Positions 37,491-50,976 of a DNA stretch of 64,000 bases are shown here, piece after piece; position 1 is the first letter of the stretch, and each line of letters opens with the position of its first letter. This DNA comes from Octopus vulgaris. Lineage: Eukaryota. Made by a program: the position numbers and the translations under genes. The DNA lies in contig OX597819.1 of the NCBI GenBank assembly GCA_951406725.2, positions 35,588,001 to 35,652,000 on the forward strand, read 5' to 3'. The notes under the pieces are model-generated. The model worked only from the letters and a program-made list of their open reading frames with translations. It was not told the origin of the DNA and ran no database searches.

Positions 37491-39148
37491 ACAAAAAATA
37501 TAAATATACATTTAAAAATATAAAAATATAAAGATACATATAAAAATATAAAAGATATAAATCAAGACACATAAAAATATATATATATATATAAAGATAC
37601 ATATAAAAGATATAAAATTATAAATAAAGATACTCATAAAAAATATAGAAATATAATTAAAAATACATATAAAAAATATAAATGAAGATACATAAAAATA
37701 TATATAAAGTTACATATAAAAATATAAAAGATAAATGAAGATACATAAAAAATATATATAAAGATACATATAAAAATATAAAAATATAAAAATATCTGTG
37801 TGAGTTCAGTCCTTGGCACCTTGCGTGGCACCTTGGGCAAGTGTCTTCTACTATAACCTCAGGCCAACCAAAGCCTTGTGAGTGGATTTGGTAGATGGAA
37901 ACTGAAAGAAGCCCATCGTATATATGTATATATATATATATATATATATAAAAAATTTTAAGTTTTAAGAGAGGAGAATAGTCAATTATATCGGCCCCAG
38001 AGTTTCACTAGTACTTAATTTATTGACCCCGAAAAGGATGAAAGGCAAATATGACCACAGTGGAATTTGAATTCAGAACATAGCAATCAATGAAATACTG
38101 CTAAGCATTTCATCTAGCTTGCTAACAATTCTGCCAGTTCACCGCCTTAACCATCGTCTTTAATAATAAAATCACTTATCCAACTGTTATCAATCAAGGG
38201 TTACCTATCTAATTTAATTAATGTTTTCCACACCCTAATTACATTAATATTGATTTCTAATATAGACACAATGTCTCAAATTCTATAGTGGATATAGTCA
38301 AGTATATCAACTCCCACTACTTGTGAGGTACTTTATTTTATTGACAATTCAATAATGAAAGGCCAGACAGTCCTCAATGGGATTTCAAGTTAGAATGTAA
38401 GCAGCTGTAATGAAATATCATAAAACATTGCTCTCCTAGACAGGTTGTCTGCATTGTGAATTGCAAAGCCAATGTCACTTTCATGTGATTTCAAACAATG
38501 TTGGCTTTCTTTAGAATGGCCAGTTTCCTAGATGGGTCACTATATCGTTGAAATAGAGAGAGATTGGCTGGGGATAAGGAAGCCCTGTCTTTCTGTAGTG
38601 TTGCTTGGAATAGATGGACTTTTACTACTAGAAGTATTTCATGTGGCTATTAAACACCTCCAAGAACAAGGGTTGTTTTGTGCTGCAATGTCGACACAAG
38701 AATGTTAAAATTTCAAAGCTCGCATGTGAATATCTTTTTGTAAGAATAAACAACAAATGCACAGAACACAAAACAGAGCAATTTGGATCATCACATATTG
38801 CTTATAAAACTAGAATAATGAAAATATAAGGGAAACTGGGCATTTGCTGGGCTCCATCTGTTGCTGTAAGATGCCTCAGGTGAATGCAGCAAGTTCCTGT
38901 TCCCAATATCCTCTCTACATGTCTATTTATTCCTCAGAAAGGTCTGAAATTTTGGTCTATTTGATCACATCGACCCCAGTGCATAACTGGTACTTATTTG
39001 TTTGGCTTCAAAAGGACGAAAGGCAAAATAGACCTTGGTGGAATTTGAACCCAGAACGTAGCAATGGATGAAATACTGCTAAGCATTTTACCTGGTGTGC
39101 TAATGATTCTGCCAGCTTGCTGCCTTACTAATAATGATGATGATGATG

Positions 39149-39206
<58 letters not shown>

Positions 39207-39395
39207 TAATAACAATAATAATGATGACCATCCTTTCTGCTGTAGGCAGAAGGCATGAAATTTCTGGGGAGCAGCCTAGTTGATTACATCAAACCTAGCA
39301 CTAACTGGTATTTATTTCATTGATCCTCAGTCGAATTTGAACTTAGAACATAATGATAGATGAAATGTTACTAAGTATTCTGCCAGCTCATTGCC

Positions 39396-39451
<56 letters not shown>

Positions 39452-39461
39452 TAATAATATT

Positions 39462-39513
<52 letters not shown>

Positions 39514-39527
39514 TTAATAATAATAAT

Positions 39528-39579
<52 letters not shown>

Positions 39580-39599
39580 GTAATAATAATAATTATAAT

Positions 39600-40112
39600 A
39601 ATAGGCCAGGCATCATATCGAAAGAATTCAGACAAAAAACATGCCTCCTCATTGATATGACTGTCCCAATCGATATAAATGTATCTGTAAAGACCTACCA
39701 AAAACTGAGCAAATATAAAGATCTTGAAATAGAAATCAGCAAAATGTGGAACCTGAAGACTAAAACAATACCTGTTGTCATAGGTGCCCTGGGAATGATA
39801 GCAAAAGGGGCTGATTGCTACCTAACTCAAATACCAGGAAACCCAAAATTGGCAGAAATTCAAAAGATAGTGCTCATGGGAACTGCTCATATTGTACACA
39901 AAATACTTTCTATGTAATCTCAAGTTTTAAAACAAACATAGTTTTCGTATGGTTTTTTTAGACATTCACTAGTACAACACTAAGTACAAAACCAAATATA
40001 TGGCACCCTAGGCATATCATCAACATGAACTTCCAACTTGTTGTCTCTTGAGGTTTCTGGGTGAGACTTGGAGCCAACTTGTAAAAATGTAAAGCAAAAG
40101 TCAAACATAGAA
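39600..40112 (+). mobile_element. R4/Dong-type LINE 3' end (restriction-like endonuclease) inserted in (TAA)n
   Basis: NRPGII..CLLIDMTVPIDINVSVKTYQKLSKYKDLEIEISKMWNLKTKTIPVVIGALG is an RPD-D-K..KY type RLE domain; (TAA)n on both sides. Confidence 0.85.
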
Positions 40113-40133
40113 TGATAATAATAATAATAATAG

Positions 40134-40677
40134 TACCAAACAGTGGCTCACATGGCTTCTGATCTTAACTGATTGGAAGTGTTATCATGTACATTGTTTT
40201 GTCTTGGTATAAAAGATTGGCTACAGCAAATATAATCTGTTCAATACCACAGATTTGCTTGTCAGTTGTTTGACCTTAACCAGTTGACCATGTCCCTTAG
40301 TGGCTGATGATATGTGCATCTCTGATCAGAAGCAGAAGTATTGGGGGAGCATCATAGCCGTGTGTTGAAAGGACTTCTTGGAGGTTTGGATAATTCATCT
40401 GTGGAAACATAGGTGGTTCATTCAACATCCTTAAACAATCCTTATTCAGGTACCTTTTGAGTGGGATGGGCTACTCAACCTGAAGAAAATTCTAACTGGG
40501 CCCCACCTGCAAGGTCATACACTGTTTATCTTGATATGAGATCAACAAGTCATGCACATATGGTTGTGATGCATGTGCCTGGTGTACCCTTATCAGACGG
40601 GTAGTCATGATGGGTATACGGGGCTTCGTATATTTTACCCCAGTGTCACTCTGATGGCATGCACTGCTCTCTCACTC

Positions 40678-40680
<3 letters not shown>
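40134..40680 (+). mobile_element. Probable LINE 3' UTR or non-autonomous element bounded by (TAA)n
   Basis: Complex sequence with sharp (TAA)n boundaries on both sides, ending ...CTCTCTCACTC(AAT)n; no ORF recognised. Confidence 0.55.
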
Positions 40681-40721
<41 letters not shown>

Positions 40722-41027
40722 TAATAATAATAGTAATAATAATAATAATAATGATTATAGTAACGATAAAAATGATAATGATGATGATGATAATAAAGTT
40801 GTTTCAAATTTTGGCACAAGGCCAGCAGGTCTGGGGGAGGAGTTACGTCAATTATATTGACCCCCACCCCAGTGTTCAACTGGTATTTATTTTATTGACT
40901 CTGAAAGGATGAAAAGTAAAGTCAAACTTGGCAGAATTTGAACTCAGAATGTCAAGACGGACAGAATGCTGTTAAGCCTGTGTGCTAACGATTCTGCCAG
41001 CTCACCAATTTAATAATAATAATAATC

Positions 41028-41084
<57 letters not shown>

Positions 41085-41603
41085 GTGCCCTTGCTATTCT
41101 TGGCCTCTGGAGGAAGCCTGGTATTAAGGGAGTTGAAATAAAATTATAATGAAAGGAAACCATGCCACATAAAAAGCACTAAGTCCACTCTGCTTAGTCA
41201 TTGGTGTTAGGAAAGGCATCCGGCTGTAAATATTCTGCCAAAATAGTTACAGATGTCTGGTGCAGGCTTCTGCCTGGTCAGCTCCGGTCAAACCATACCA
41301 CCCATGCCAGCATGGAAGGTGGACGTTAAACAATGATGATGATGATGATGATGATGATATACATATTCTAAATGATTGATACAGAAAACAGAGTGTATGG
41401 GCTTCCACAATGTTTTCACCTACCAATTTCACTCACAAGGCATTGGTTGGCCAGTGTCTATAGTAGAAGACACTCTGCCCAAGGTGCCACACAGTGGAAC
41501 TGAACCTGAAACTTCATGGTTACATAGTGAGCTTCTTAATTACACTGTCACGCTTGTGTCTTTTAAGAAAAGTGAAAGAATACCAACAAATAACAGTTGT
41601 GAA

Positions 41604-42012
41604 GGATCTTTTCGGTTTGAACGGCAATTTTTAACATAATTTCTAGGTAACTAAAAAATTTTAAACTTCGTATACTGGTAGAATGTGTTTATAAAACATC
41701 TTTTTCTCTTGGCTTTATTAAGAAAATTCTATAGTTTGTAAGATATTTGTTGCTTTTTTTCTTCAATTTCTGCAATTTCAACCAATCACTGACATCTATT
41801 GAGTTAAAAAGCATTCTGTGCCGTATGAATATGTCCCTCGTTTAAGAAACAGATTGGGTTTATTTACATTTGTGAAGAAAAAAATATACCCCCCCCTAAC
41901 CCTAACCCTAAAACAGATTGAAATGCAATAGATCGATACTTGTGTCATAATTATGGGTGACAATTTCATATGACACCGCTAGAAAAAACTGCTGTTCAAA
42001 CCGAAAAGATCT
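41604..42012. mobile_element. MITE with 8-bp TSD (Merlin- or MULE-like)
   Basis: TIRs GGATCTTTTCGGTTTGAACGGCA / TGCTGTTCAAACCGAAAAGATCT; TSD GTTGTGAA at 41596-41603 and 42013-42020. Confidence 0.88.
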
Positions 42013-42419
42013 GTTGTGAATGTAATCATAGACTTCAGTAATATGGTTCTTCCAAAATATAATTAATTAATTAATAATAATAATAAATAAGTAAACCAGT
42101 GCATTTGTTTCTGTTCACAAAAGTGACCTTTCAAAATATGACACTATATATTCCAACTCCTAGTTTCACATCAATAATCTTAGGAAACAAAAAAATATAT
42201 ATATGCTGACATATAATTTTAGATATTAATTATAAACAATTATAATAATTTATACAAATCAAGTTTTAAAATTTGTTGTAATTATTGCAAGATAAGCTGA
42301 AATAATGCAGCCTATGTTTTATTTTCATACAAAAAATAAAATATAAATAATTATGTGCTTATTGTTTATAGTGTTCAAATGCATTACAGCTTGTTGGAAA
42401 AGAGTAAAAAAGAAGAGTA

Positions 42420-42912
42420 TCATCATCATCATCATCATCGTAGTTTAACGTCCACTTTCCATGCTAGCATGGGTTGGACGGTTTGACTGGGCTGGCGAGC
42501 CAGATGGCTGCACAAGGCTCCAGTCTTAATCTGACAGAGTTTCTACAGATGGATGCCCTTCCTAATGCCAACCACTCCAAGAGTGTAGTGGGTGCTTTTT
42601 ACGTGCCACCTGCACGGGGGCCAGTCAGGCGGTACTGGCAATGACCTCGCTCGAATTTTTTACACATGCCAATGACACAGGTGCCAGTAAGGCGATGCTG
42701 GTAATGATCCCGCTCGAATGGTGCATGGAAGCCAGTTAACTGCTCTGGCAATGATCACACTCAGATGGTGCTCTTAGCACCCTACTAGCACGGGGCACAA
42801 GTGCCAGTAAGGCGAAGCTGGCAACGATCACACTCAAATGGTGCCTTTTATGTGCCACTGGCATGGAAGCCGATTAGCTGCTCTGTCAACGATCACGCTC
42901 GAATGGTGCTCC
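42420..42912 (-). mobile_element. SINE family C with internal tandem repeats
   Basis: Family tail plus repeated GCCAGT...GGCAATGATCACGCTCGAATGGTGC units. Confidence 0.85.
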
Positions 42913-43429
42913 CAAAAGTACATGTATTATACATAGGGTAAAACATGAGAAGATAAAAGGGAGCAGCAAAAGAGAGCCATAAAGAGGGAAGGGTGTGTAG
43001 GTATATCAGGCATAGCGTTTGCAGGTTTTAAGAAGTATGGAATTTTCAAAGGATGCAATATTCTGACAGTTAACAACTCCCATGTGTAGTTTATTCCATG
43101 TTTTGTGTTATATCATCAGTGATGATATATGATGTGTGTGTTTGTGTGTGTGCGTGTGTAGCAATATATCACAGTACCAAATATAACTATAACAATAAGT
43201 AATGTAACAAGACCTTGACTGTCTACTGATTCATCTATTTATAAGACTTGTCCAGTTCACTGACAGTCACATACGGGTGTGTGTGTGTGTGTGTGGTCAG
43301 TTCACTCCACAATACTTTGACGACAATTCTCAGTGTGAGACAATGTTTCCAAAAGTCATGGGTGTTGCTGCACTATTTTTTGATTTGATAAGCATGTCCA
43401 TAGGTGATAAGAGAACTCAGCAAAGTGAC

Positions 43430-43965
43430 TAATGTTGTCATTGAACGATCCACTTTATCAAAAGCTTTTGCAAGGTCAAGGTATATTACGTCCACATTTG
43501 AGTTGTTAAGTAACTGCCTCAAAACTCAGTCATAGTGCTGTAAGAGCTGGGTCAGACAGCTCCTACTTGGTTGAAAGCCATGCTCGTTATCACTCAGCAA
43601 GTCATTTTTTTCAAGGAATGCGATTAGTTTCACTCTGACTATCTGTTCCATGACTTTGCTGATGTGTGAAGTCAGAGAGATAGTCCTATAGTTTTTGGCA
43701 TCTGCTCTGCTTCCTCCTTTATGGATTAGGCATATTATTTCCTCCTTCAGTTTGCTTGGCAGCCTGCTATTTGCAAGAAAGCTCTGGAAGAGAATCTGTA
43801 GAGCTTTTGCCAGGGTACGCTTACACGATTTGAAGAGGATTGCTGAAAAACGATCAGGACCAGCAGTTGAGTTTGCATCCACCTCATCTATGGCTAGTAG
43901 TATATCTTCTTTGCTAATGACAATGTAATCCATTGTAACTGCCTTGCTGGTTATAGGTGAGGTGG

Positions 43966-43970
<5 letters not shown>
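43430..43970 (-). mobile_element. CR1/Jockey-group LINE reverse transcriptase fragment
   Basis: AGPDRF...IHKGGSRADAKNYRTISLTSHISKVMEQIV...HGF..SRSCLTQLL, then after a stop VDVIYLDLAKAFDKVD. Confidence 0.88.
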
Positions 43971-44000
<30 letters not shown>

Positions 44001-44001
44001 T

Positions 44002-44394
44002 ACTCTTTACTCTTTTTTTTCTCTTTTACTTGTTTCAGTCATTTGACTGCGGCCATGCTGGAGCACCACCTTTTTTTTTTTAGTACTTATTCTATCGGTC
44101 TCTTTTTGCCGAACCACTAAGTGACGGGGATGTAAACACACCAGCATCGGTTGTCAAGCAATGCTAGGGGGACAAACACAAACACAGACACACAAACACA
44201 CACACACATATACATATATATACATATATATGACAGGCTTCTTTCAGTTTCCGTCTACCAAATCCACTCACAAGGCATTGGTCGGCCCGGGGCTATAGTA
44301 GAAGACACTTGCCCAAGATGCCACACAGTGGGACTGAACCCGCAACTGTGTGGTTGGTTAGCAAGCTACTTACCACACAGCCACTCCTGCGCCT
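44002..44394 (-). mobile_element. SINE family B
   Basis: Family motifs. Confidence 0.9.
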
Positions 44395-45861
44395 ACTGTT
44401 TATTATACTATGTGGGCAATGTCTGATGATTGTGCTGGGACACCAGATGTGTTATAAAACAATGTTCTCAATACATGAAACTAATAGAAACACATAAAAA
44501 CATATATTGTGTTTGTTAAATTATATATAGCTTCCACATAGTTTCCTTCTACAAAATTCATTCACAAGACATTGATCAGTCTAGGGTAATAATACATGAT
44601 GCTCACCCAAGCTGCTGCACAATGGAATTGAACATGAAATCCTGTGGTTGCAAAGTGAGCTTCTTAGCCACACAGCCATGCCGTAAACTACATATTATCT
44701 AGTATAGTATTAGATACACTTTTTAAGATGGGTTGGGTGTGATTCAAAAGAAATTTCACTGCTATTTCTAGCAGTTAAGCCACTACAACAAGTTATCTTC
44801 TTGTCTCATATGTGGTCAGCAGTCCAGCATAATAGCCTCATAAACAATGTGCAAAGTAATTTAGATTGTTTTGTTACTTTTTATTTTATAGTTGCTTGTT
44901 AATTGTTGTTTAGTCTCATATTATTTTTCATCAAACAGGCCTTTTTTAAGGCATTCAAACTAACCATCCAACTTCTATATTTTCCAGCAGTGTCATCTAG
45001 GGCCTTAATATTCAATCTATCCTTCCATTTTGAGACAGCAGGATGTGATTTGAGGGAGATTTAGCTGTTATTTCTAACAACTGAAGTGACCGTTTAGAGG
45101 CTTCTTTGGTAGCCCGAGTTTTTTTTAAAATGCTGAAGACAATGTAGCACTGGACTACATACTTTACGATATTTAATACTAATAAGGCAGCAAGCTAGCA
45201 TAAATGTTAGTACACTGGGCAAAATAACTCATGGGATTTTGTATGCCTTTATGTTCTGAGTTCAAATCCTGCAGAGGTTGACATTATGTTTTATCCTTTC
45301 GAAATCAATAAAATAAGTACCAGCTGGGTACTGGGGTTGATGTAATTGATTTCTCCCCACCATCCCAAATTGCTGGCCTTGTGCCAAAATTTGAAACCAA
45401 TCTTTAGTACTATTTAGTCGTCTGATAATCAGCTCTTGTTTCAAATATAATATTGATCCTAACCTGAACAAATTATTATTTTTATTTGGTTATTTTGGTT
45501 ATGCTTATTATTATTTTCACAGAGATAGATTATTTATATAAAATATCACTTGATACACCAGCACTCAGATATTGTGTATATTGATATTTTTCTTGTTCCT
45601 CAGGGTTTCTGTTAGTGTTTTTAGTACAGCAATAAAAACTATCACATGGTGATTTTTTTTCTATATTATTTGTCAATTATGTTGATTAAGTTTTCTTGTT
45701 TATATGCATTGTTAATGCTTTACTGTCAATTATCATTATCATTCAATGCATTTGCTAAATTGATAAATATGGGTAAACGTTCTGAAATACTATTGTGTGT
45801 AAGCCTTTTGTAGTCAATAAAGATGACTTTTTCTTATTATAAATATATAAATCTGTAGGCT

Positions 45862-46290
45862 AAGGCAATGAGCTGGCAGAATTGTTAGCACCCTAGGCAA
45901 AATGCCTAGTGGTATTTTGTCCATCTTTATGTTCTGAGTTAAAATTCCACCAAGGTTGACTTTGCCTGTCATCCTTTTGGGGGTTGATAAAATAAATACC
46001 CCTATGATGGGATCATTGTAATTGATTTACCCTCTCCCTGTGAATGATGCTGGCCTTGTGTTACAATTTGAGACCAATATATATCTGTAAGGAGGCAGTG
46101 AATTGGCAGAATCATTAACAAGCTGGGAAAAATGCTTAGAATGCTTTATGTTCAAGTTCCAATGGGGGTCAGAGTGGCCTTTCATCCTTTTGGGGTTGAT
46201 AAAATAAGTACAAATTGGACACTGGTGTCAATGTATTCGACTTAATCCTTTCTCCAACATTGCTGGCCTTGTACCAAAATTTGAAACTAA
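45862..46290 (+). mobile_element. Two tandem diverged SINE family A-related copies
   Basis: GGCAGAAT..TTA...CATCCTTTTGGGG..GATAAAATAA...GCTGGCCTTGT repeated twice. Confidence 0.7.
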
Positions 46291-46336
46291 TATATATCTG
46301 TAGGTGGGGCAGTGGTTTGGCAGAATCTGTTTGCCT

Positions 46337-46755
46337 TACTCTTTACTCTTTACTCTTTTACTTGTTTCAGTCATTTTACTGCGGCCATGCTGGAGTACTG
46401 CTTTTAATCGAGCAACTCGACCCCGGGACTTATTCTTTTGTAAGCCCAGTACTTATTCTATCGGTCTCTTTTGCCGAACCACTAAGTAACGGGGACATAA
46501 ACACACCAGCATCGGTTGTCAAGCAATGCTAGGGGGACAAACACAGACACACACACACACATGCATATATATATATATATATATATACATATATACGATG
46601 GGCTTCTTTCAGTTTCCGTCTACCAAATCCACTCACAAGGCTTTGGTCAGCCCAAGGCTATAGTAAAAGACACTTGCCCAAGGTGCCATGCAGTGGGACT
46701 GAACCCGGAACCATGTGGTTGGTAAACGAGCTACTTACCACACAGCCACTCCTGC
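46337..46755 (-). mobile_element. SINE family B
   Basis: Family motifs. Confidence 0.9.
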
Positions 46756-48214
46756 GGAATTTCTTTAAGTTCTTTACATTCTGAGTTCAAATCACGAAAA
46801 GGTCAGCTTTGCTTGTCATCCTTTTGAGGGCAGTAGATCAAAGTTACTGAGCTTGATATAATCAACTGGCCACTTCCCAACATTTTGTGACTAAATTAGA
46901 AACAATATTTATCCAAAGGCCAGACATTATCGATACCTGTTCATAATGACTTTCTCAAACTTAAAACAGTGTTGGGGAGATGAATGAATTTAAGGAAGGT
47001 AATAAAATGCTTCAAGTTTTACAGATTTAGCAAGAATGATGAAGGTTGTTAAAGAAACTCTGTGTTTAGTAATCGTCTGTGTATCATACTAAATATATAT
47101 ACTCTGTCAATAGGCCAGTTACTGCAGTATTCATCCTGAGATAACATCTCTTCGGTGCTTTTGGTGTAAAGCAGAATACAGGAGATGATTAAAGGAAATA
47201 ATAATGCAGTGGTAGCATCAGGTGGGAAATGTCAATGCCAGTAAATTTAGAAAAATAGAGTCTGTTATGATAAAAAGATGACAAAAGCAGAAATAAGATA
47301 GGCTGATGAGATGTTAAAGAAGGAGAATACTTCAAAGAGATGAATTACATTCTTAATGTAATCAAAGATACTAGAAATTAAAGAAGATGCCACCTCTCAG
47401 AGAGAGAGAGAGAGGGAGAGAGAGAGAGTGAGAGAGAGAAAGAGAGAGAGAGAAAGAAAGAGATAAGTATATCATTGTGTGATGTACCAGGGCCTAAAAA
47501 AGCAAAAAAAAAAACAAACATACAAAAATAAACAAACAAATATACAAAAAACAAAAACTAACATAGAAGCAAAAAGCAAACAAAAATTATTACAAAAACC
47601 CAGCATAGGAGTCAGTCGGGGGGGGGGGGGGGGCATAGGCATCAACCACTTTTAGATGGTGCTTTTTATGCATCACTGGCATGGAAGGTAACAAAGGTAA
47701 GAGTGGCTTCACTAATTTTTCTTCAATTATTTTGGTTAGTTGAAACCTCTTTGATTTTTATTTGTATGTCTGAATGTCTGAGAAAGTCTGGTGGATAGGA
47801 TTGAGTTGTAGCTGTTGGGTTGAAAGAATTAAAACTGATAACCCTTGACTTAGAGAAACAAGGTTGAGAAATTTTACTGCTTATAAATCTCTTTAGTTTA
47901 CAAGAGAATTCTTTGAAGACTTTCATATGTTCGTTTGCTATGAAGAGTGAAAATTATAACACAGTTAGATCATCTGAGGGTTGGAAAAGAGGGAGAGAGA
48001 GAGGGGGGAAGAGAGAGAAAGAGGAAGAAAGAGAAAGATAGAGGTGTTAATACTATAGCTGGAGTCATTAAAAAAACATTGTTTACTCTCTCCCTTTCTT
48101 GATCTCAAAGAAGTGTATGAGTTAGAAATGTTAAATTCTCCCCTTCTCTCAACAACTGAACTTATCAAACTCTCGCTTTATCATTGTTACTATTCCTGTT
48201 ATTTTTTTTTATTT

Positions 48215-48550
48215 TGGCTCCCGTGCTGGTGGCATGTAAAAAAGCATCATGTGAATGTGGTCGATGCCAGTGCCCCCTGACTGGCTCCTGTGCCAGTGAC
48301 GCATAAAAAGCACCATCTAAACGTGGTTGATGCCTATGCCCCTGACTGACTCCCATGCTGGTGGCATGTAAAAAGCACCCATTACACTCTCGGAGTGGTT
48401 GGCGTTTGGAAGGGCATCAAGCTGTAGAAACCTTGCCAGATCAGATTGGAGCCTGGTGCAGCCGCCTGGCTTGCCTGTCCTCAGTCAAACCGTCCAACCC
48501 ATGCCAGCATGAAAAACGGACGCTAAACGATGATGATGATGATGATGATG
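48215..48550 (+). mobile_element. SINE family C with internal repeats
   Basis: Family motifs and (GAT)n tail. Confidence 0.85.
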
Positions 48551-50895
48551 GTGATAATTCATTCAATCTCCATATCAAAATCAACATGTTGATGTCACTG
48601 TTTCTCTAGTATTACTCTCTCCCTTATCATCCTCTGTTTCACCCAATTTCATTCATACACATGTTCTCTTTTCTGTTCACCTCTTGGTCATCTTTGATGT
48701 CAACAAATGGAAACAACACAGAGTAAAGAGGATTTTTCAGTCTAGCATAGAACAAGACAATCTCATTTTTGTTACTGCTATGATAAAATGCAACAAGTAC
48801 ACTTTGTAAAGTAGTTGGTGTTAGGAAGGCCATTCAACTATAAAAAAAGATGCCCAAAAAAATCGTGGAATGTACTCGTGAGATGTAGGAGAGTGCTAGC
48901 ACTGAATATGAACTGATTTAGACTGTTCCATCTGATCCAACATGTGCCGACATGGAAAGCAGACAACATCGATGACAATAATATGACGATGATAATGATG
49001 ATAATGATGACAACAGCAATGATGCTGGTGGTGGTTGTGGTGGTGGTTGTGGTGATGATGATGATGATGATGATGATGGTGATGACGATGATGATGGTGA
49101 TGATTATGATGATGTGATGCTGATGATGGTGATGGTGATGATTATGCTGACTCTGCTTTGGGCACATTGTTTCTAACATGGGCCACCATCATCAGTTCCT
49201 TCAGATTTTGGGATTTTAGCCTCTGAATATTTCTAATGTGAAATGAAACGATCCTGGCAATGTCAACTATGATTTGATCACACTCTGGTGGAAACTTAAA
49301 TATGATTACACACACACAGACACACATTTGCACATGCATGCACACATACACAAACACGCATGCACAGACACACACGCTCACATACATATACATGCACACA
49401 CTATTCCACTTAATTAACAGCATCTTGTATATTAACTGACAAGTAGAGTGAAGGCCATTTTTGTTTTTATTTCTTCAAAATCAGATCAGTGGCCTACTGC
49501 CAACTTATGGAACATTCAGAGCCAGAAATACATTTTAGTTATTTTTGTATGATATATAGAGATATGTCTTTAATGATAGTGACAGACCAAGTGTGGATTA
49601 ATTATTGATCAGCTGAACTTATCAGGGGACATTTCTCAAGAGTGGACAATACGAAAGAGTCACCCATTTGTTAGTCCAAGGTCAGAACAGTAAAACAACT
49701 GTTAAGATGCTGATGCTGATACTACTGCTAATGATGATGATGCGGCAATGATGATGATGGCACTAATAATAGTAGTGATGACAGTGGGAAGAGGAAAGAA
49801 AAAAAAAAACAGGAGGTAGAAGATTATGGTCATGGCAATGTGTCAACAGCAATAGCGGATGATGACATTTAAGTTTTCTGATGGGGATTTTTATTCCAGC
49901 AAGAAATTAAAACAAGATTGTGGTGGATTCATCTTTTTCTAACAATCTTGCCTCTCTATTCTATGGAATTTTTTCTGTGGCTGGAGGAATATCCAAATCT
50001 AGTATGTGGAATTGGAATTAGTAGGGAGACTATGGTCTTCATCACTACCTGATAACTGGTGTTGGTGTATTTATGTCCCCATAGCTTAGCAGTTTGGCAA
50101 AAGATATCAAAAGAATAAGTACAAGGCTTAAAAAGAAAATAAATACTGGAGTTGATTAGTTTGATTAAAATTCCATAAGGTGGTGCTACAGCATGGCTGC
50201 AGTCCAATGACTGAGACAAGTAAAAGATTATAGATAAAATATATAGATCTCCAAATATGGTAAAAAAAAGTGTAAATGTTATATCTTCTATTTTGGAATT
50301 TTTTAGTGGTGGTGGATGCTTTAGTCAAGCAGTTCCTGAATAAGTATAACTTGTTTGCATATACCTTGCCTTTCAAAATTGTTTTAGGTGCGCGTGTAAT
50401 CATGAGTGGATATATATACCCTCTTGGCCACCACTATTGAATTGGCAGATCATCAGCTGGTGTAAGATAAGGTCGCATCAGTACCCATATCAAAGACTAA
50501 AGTAACTGATAGAATAAGTACTAGGCTTACAAAGAATAAGTTCTGGGGTCGATTTGTTTGACTGAAGGTGCTGCTCCAGCATGGCTGCAGTCAAACAACT
50601 GAAACAGATCAAAGATTAAAAGAATAAAAGAATATATATATATACGGTAGTGCTCCAGTATAACTTCAGCCACCTGGCCGAAACACATAAAAGAATAAAA
50701 GAATGTATATATATATATATTTAAATACATATACTATTGTATATGCTTTGTATTTTCAGGTGGCATATACATTAGTATATGTATTTAGCAATATTTACTA
50801 TACTAGAGTTGCTTTTACTTCATATGTGAATATATATGGTGGGTGGGTGGGGGACAAATACAGACATACAAACATACATACACACATATATACAT

Positions 50896-50976
<81 letters not shown>

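Noticed and set aside
40300-40495. CTGATGA and CTGAAGA words in the TAA-bounded element (also at 30896 and 14969 minus)
   Set aside because: No downstream stem II plus GAAA in register; isolated heptamers are expected by chance.
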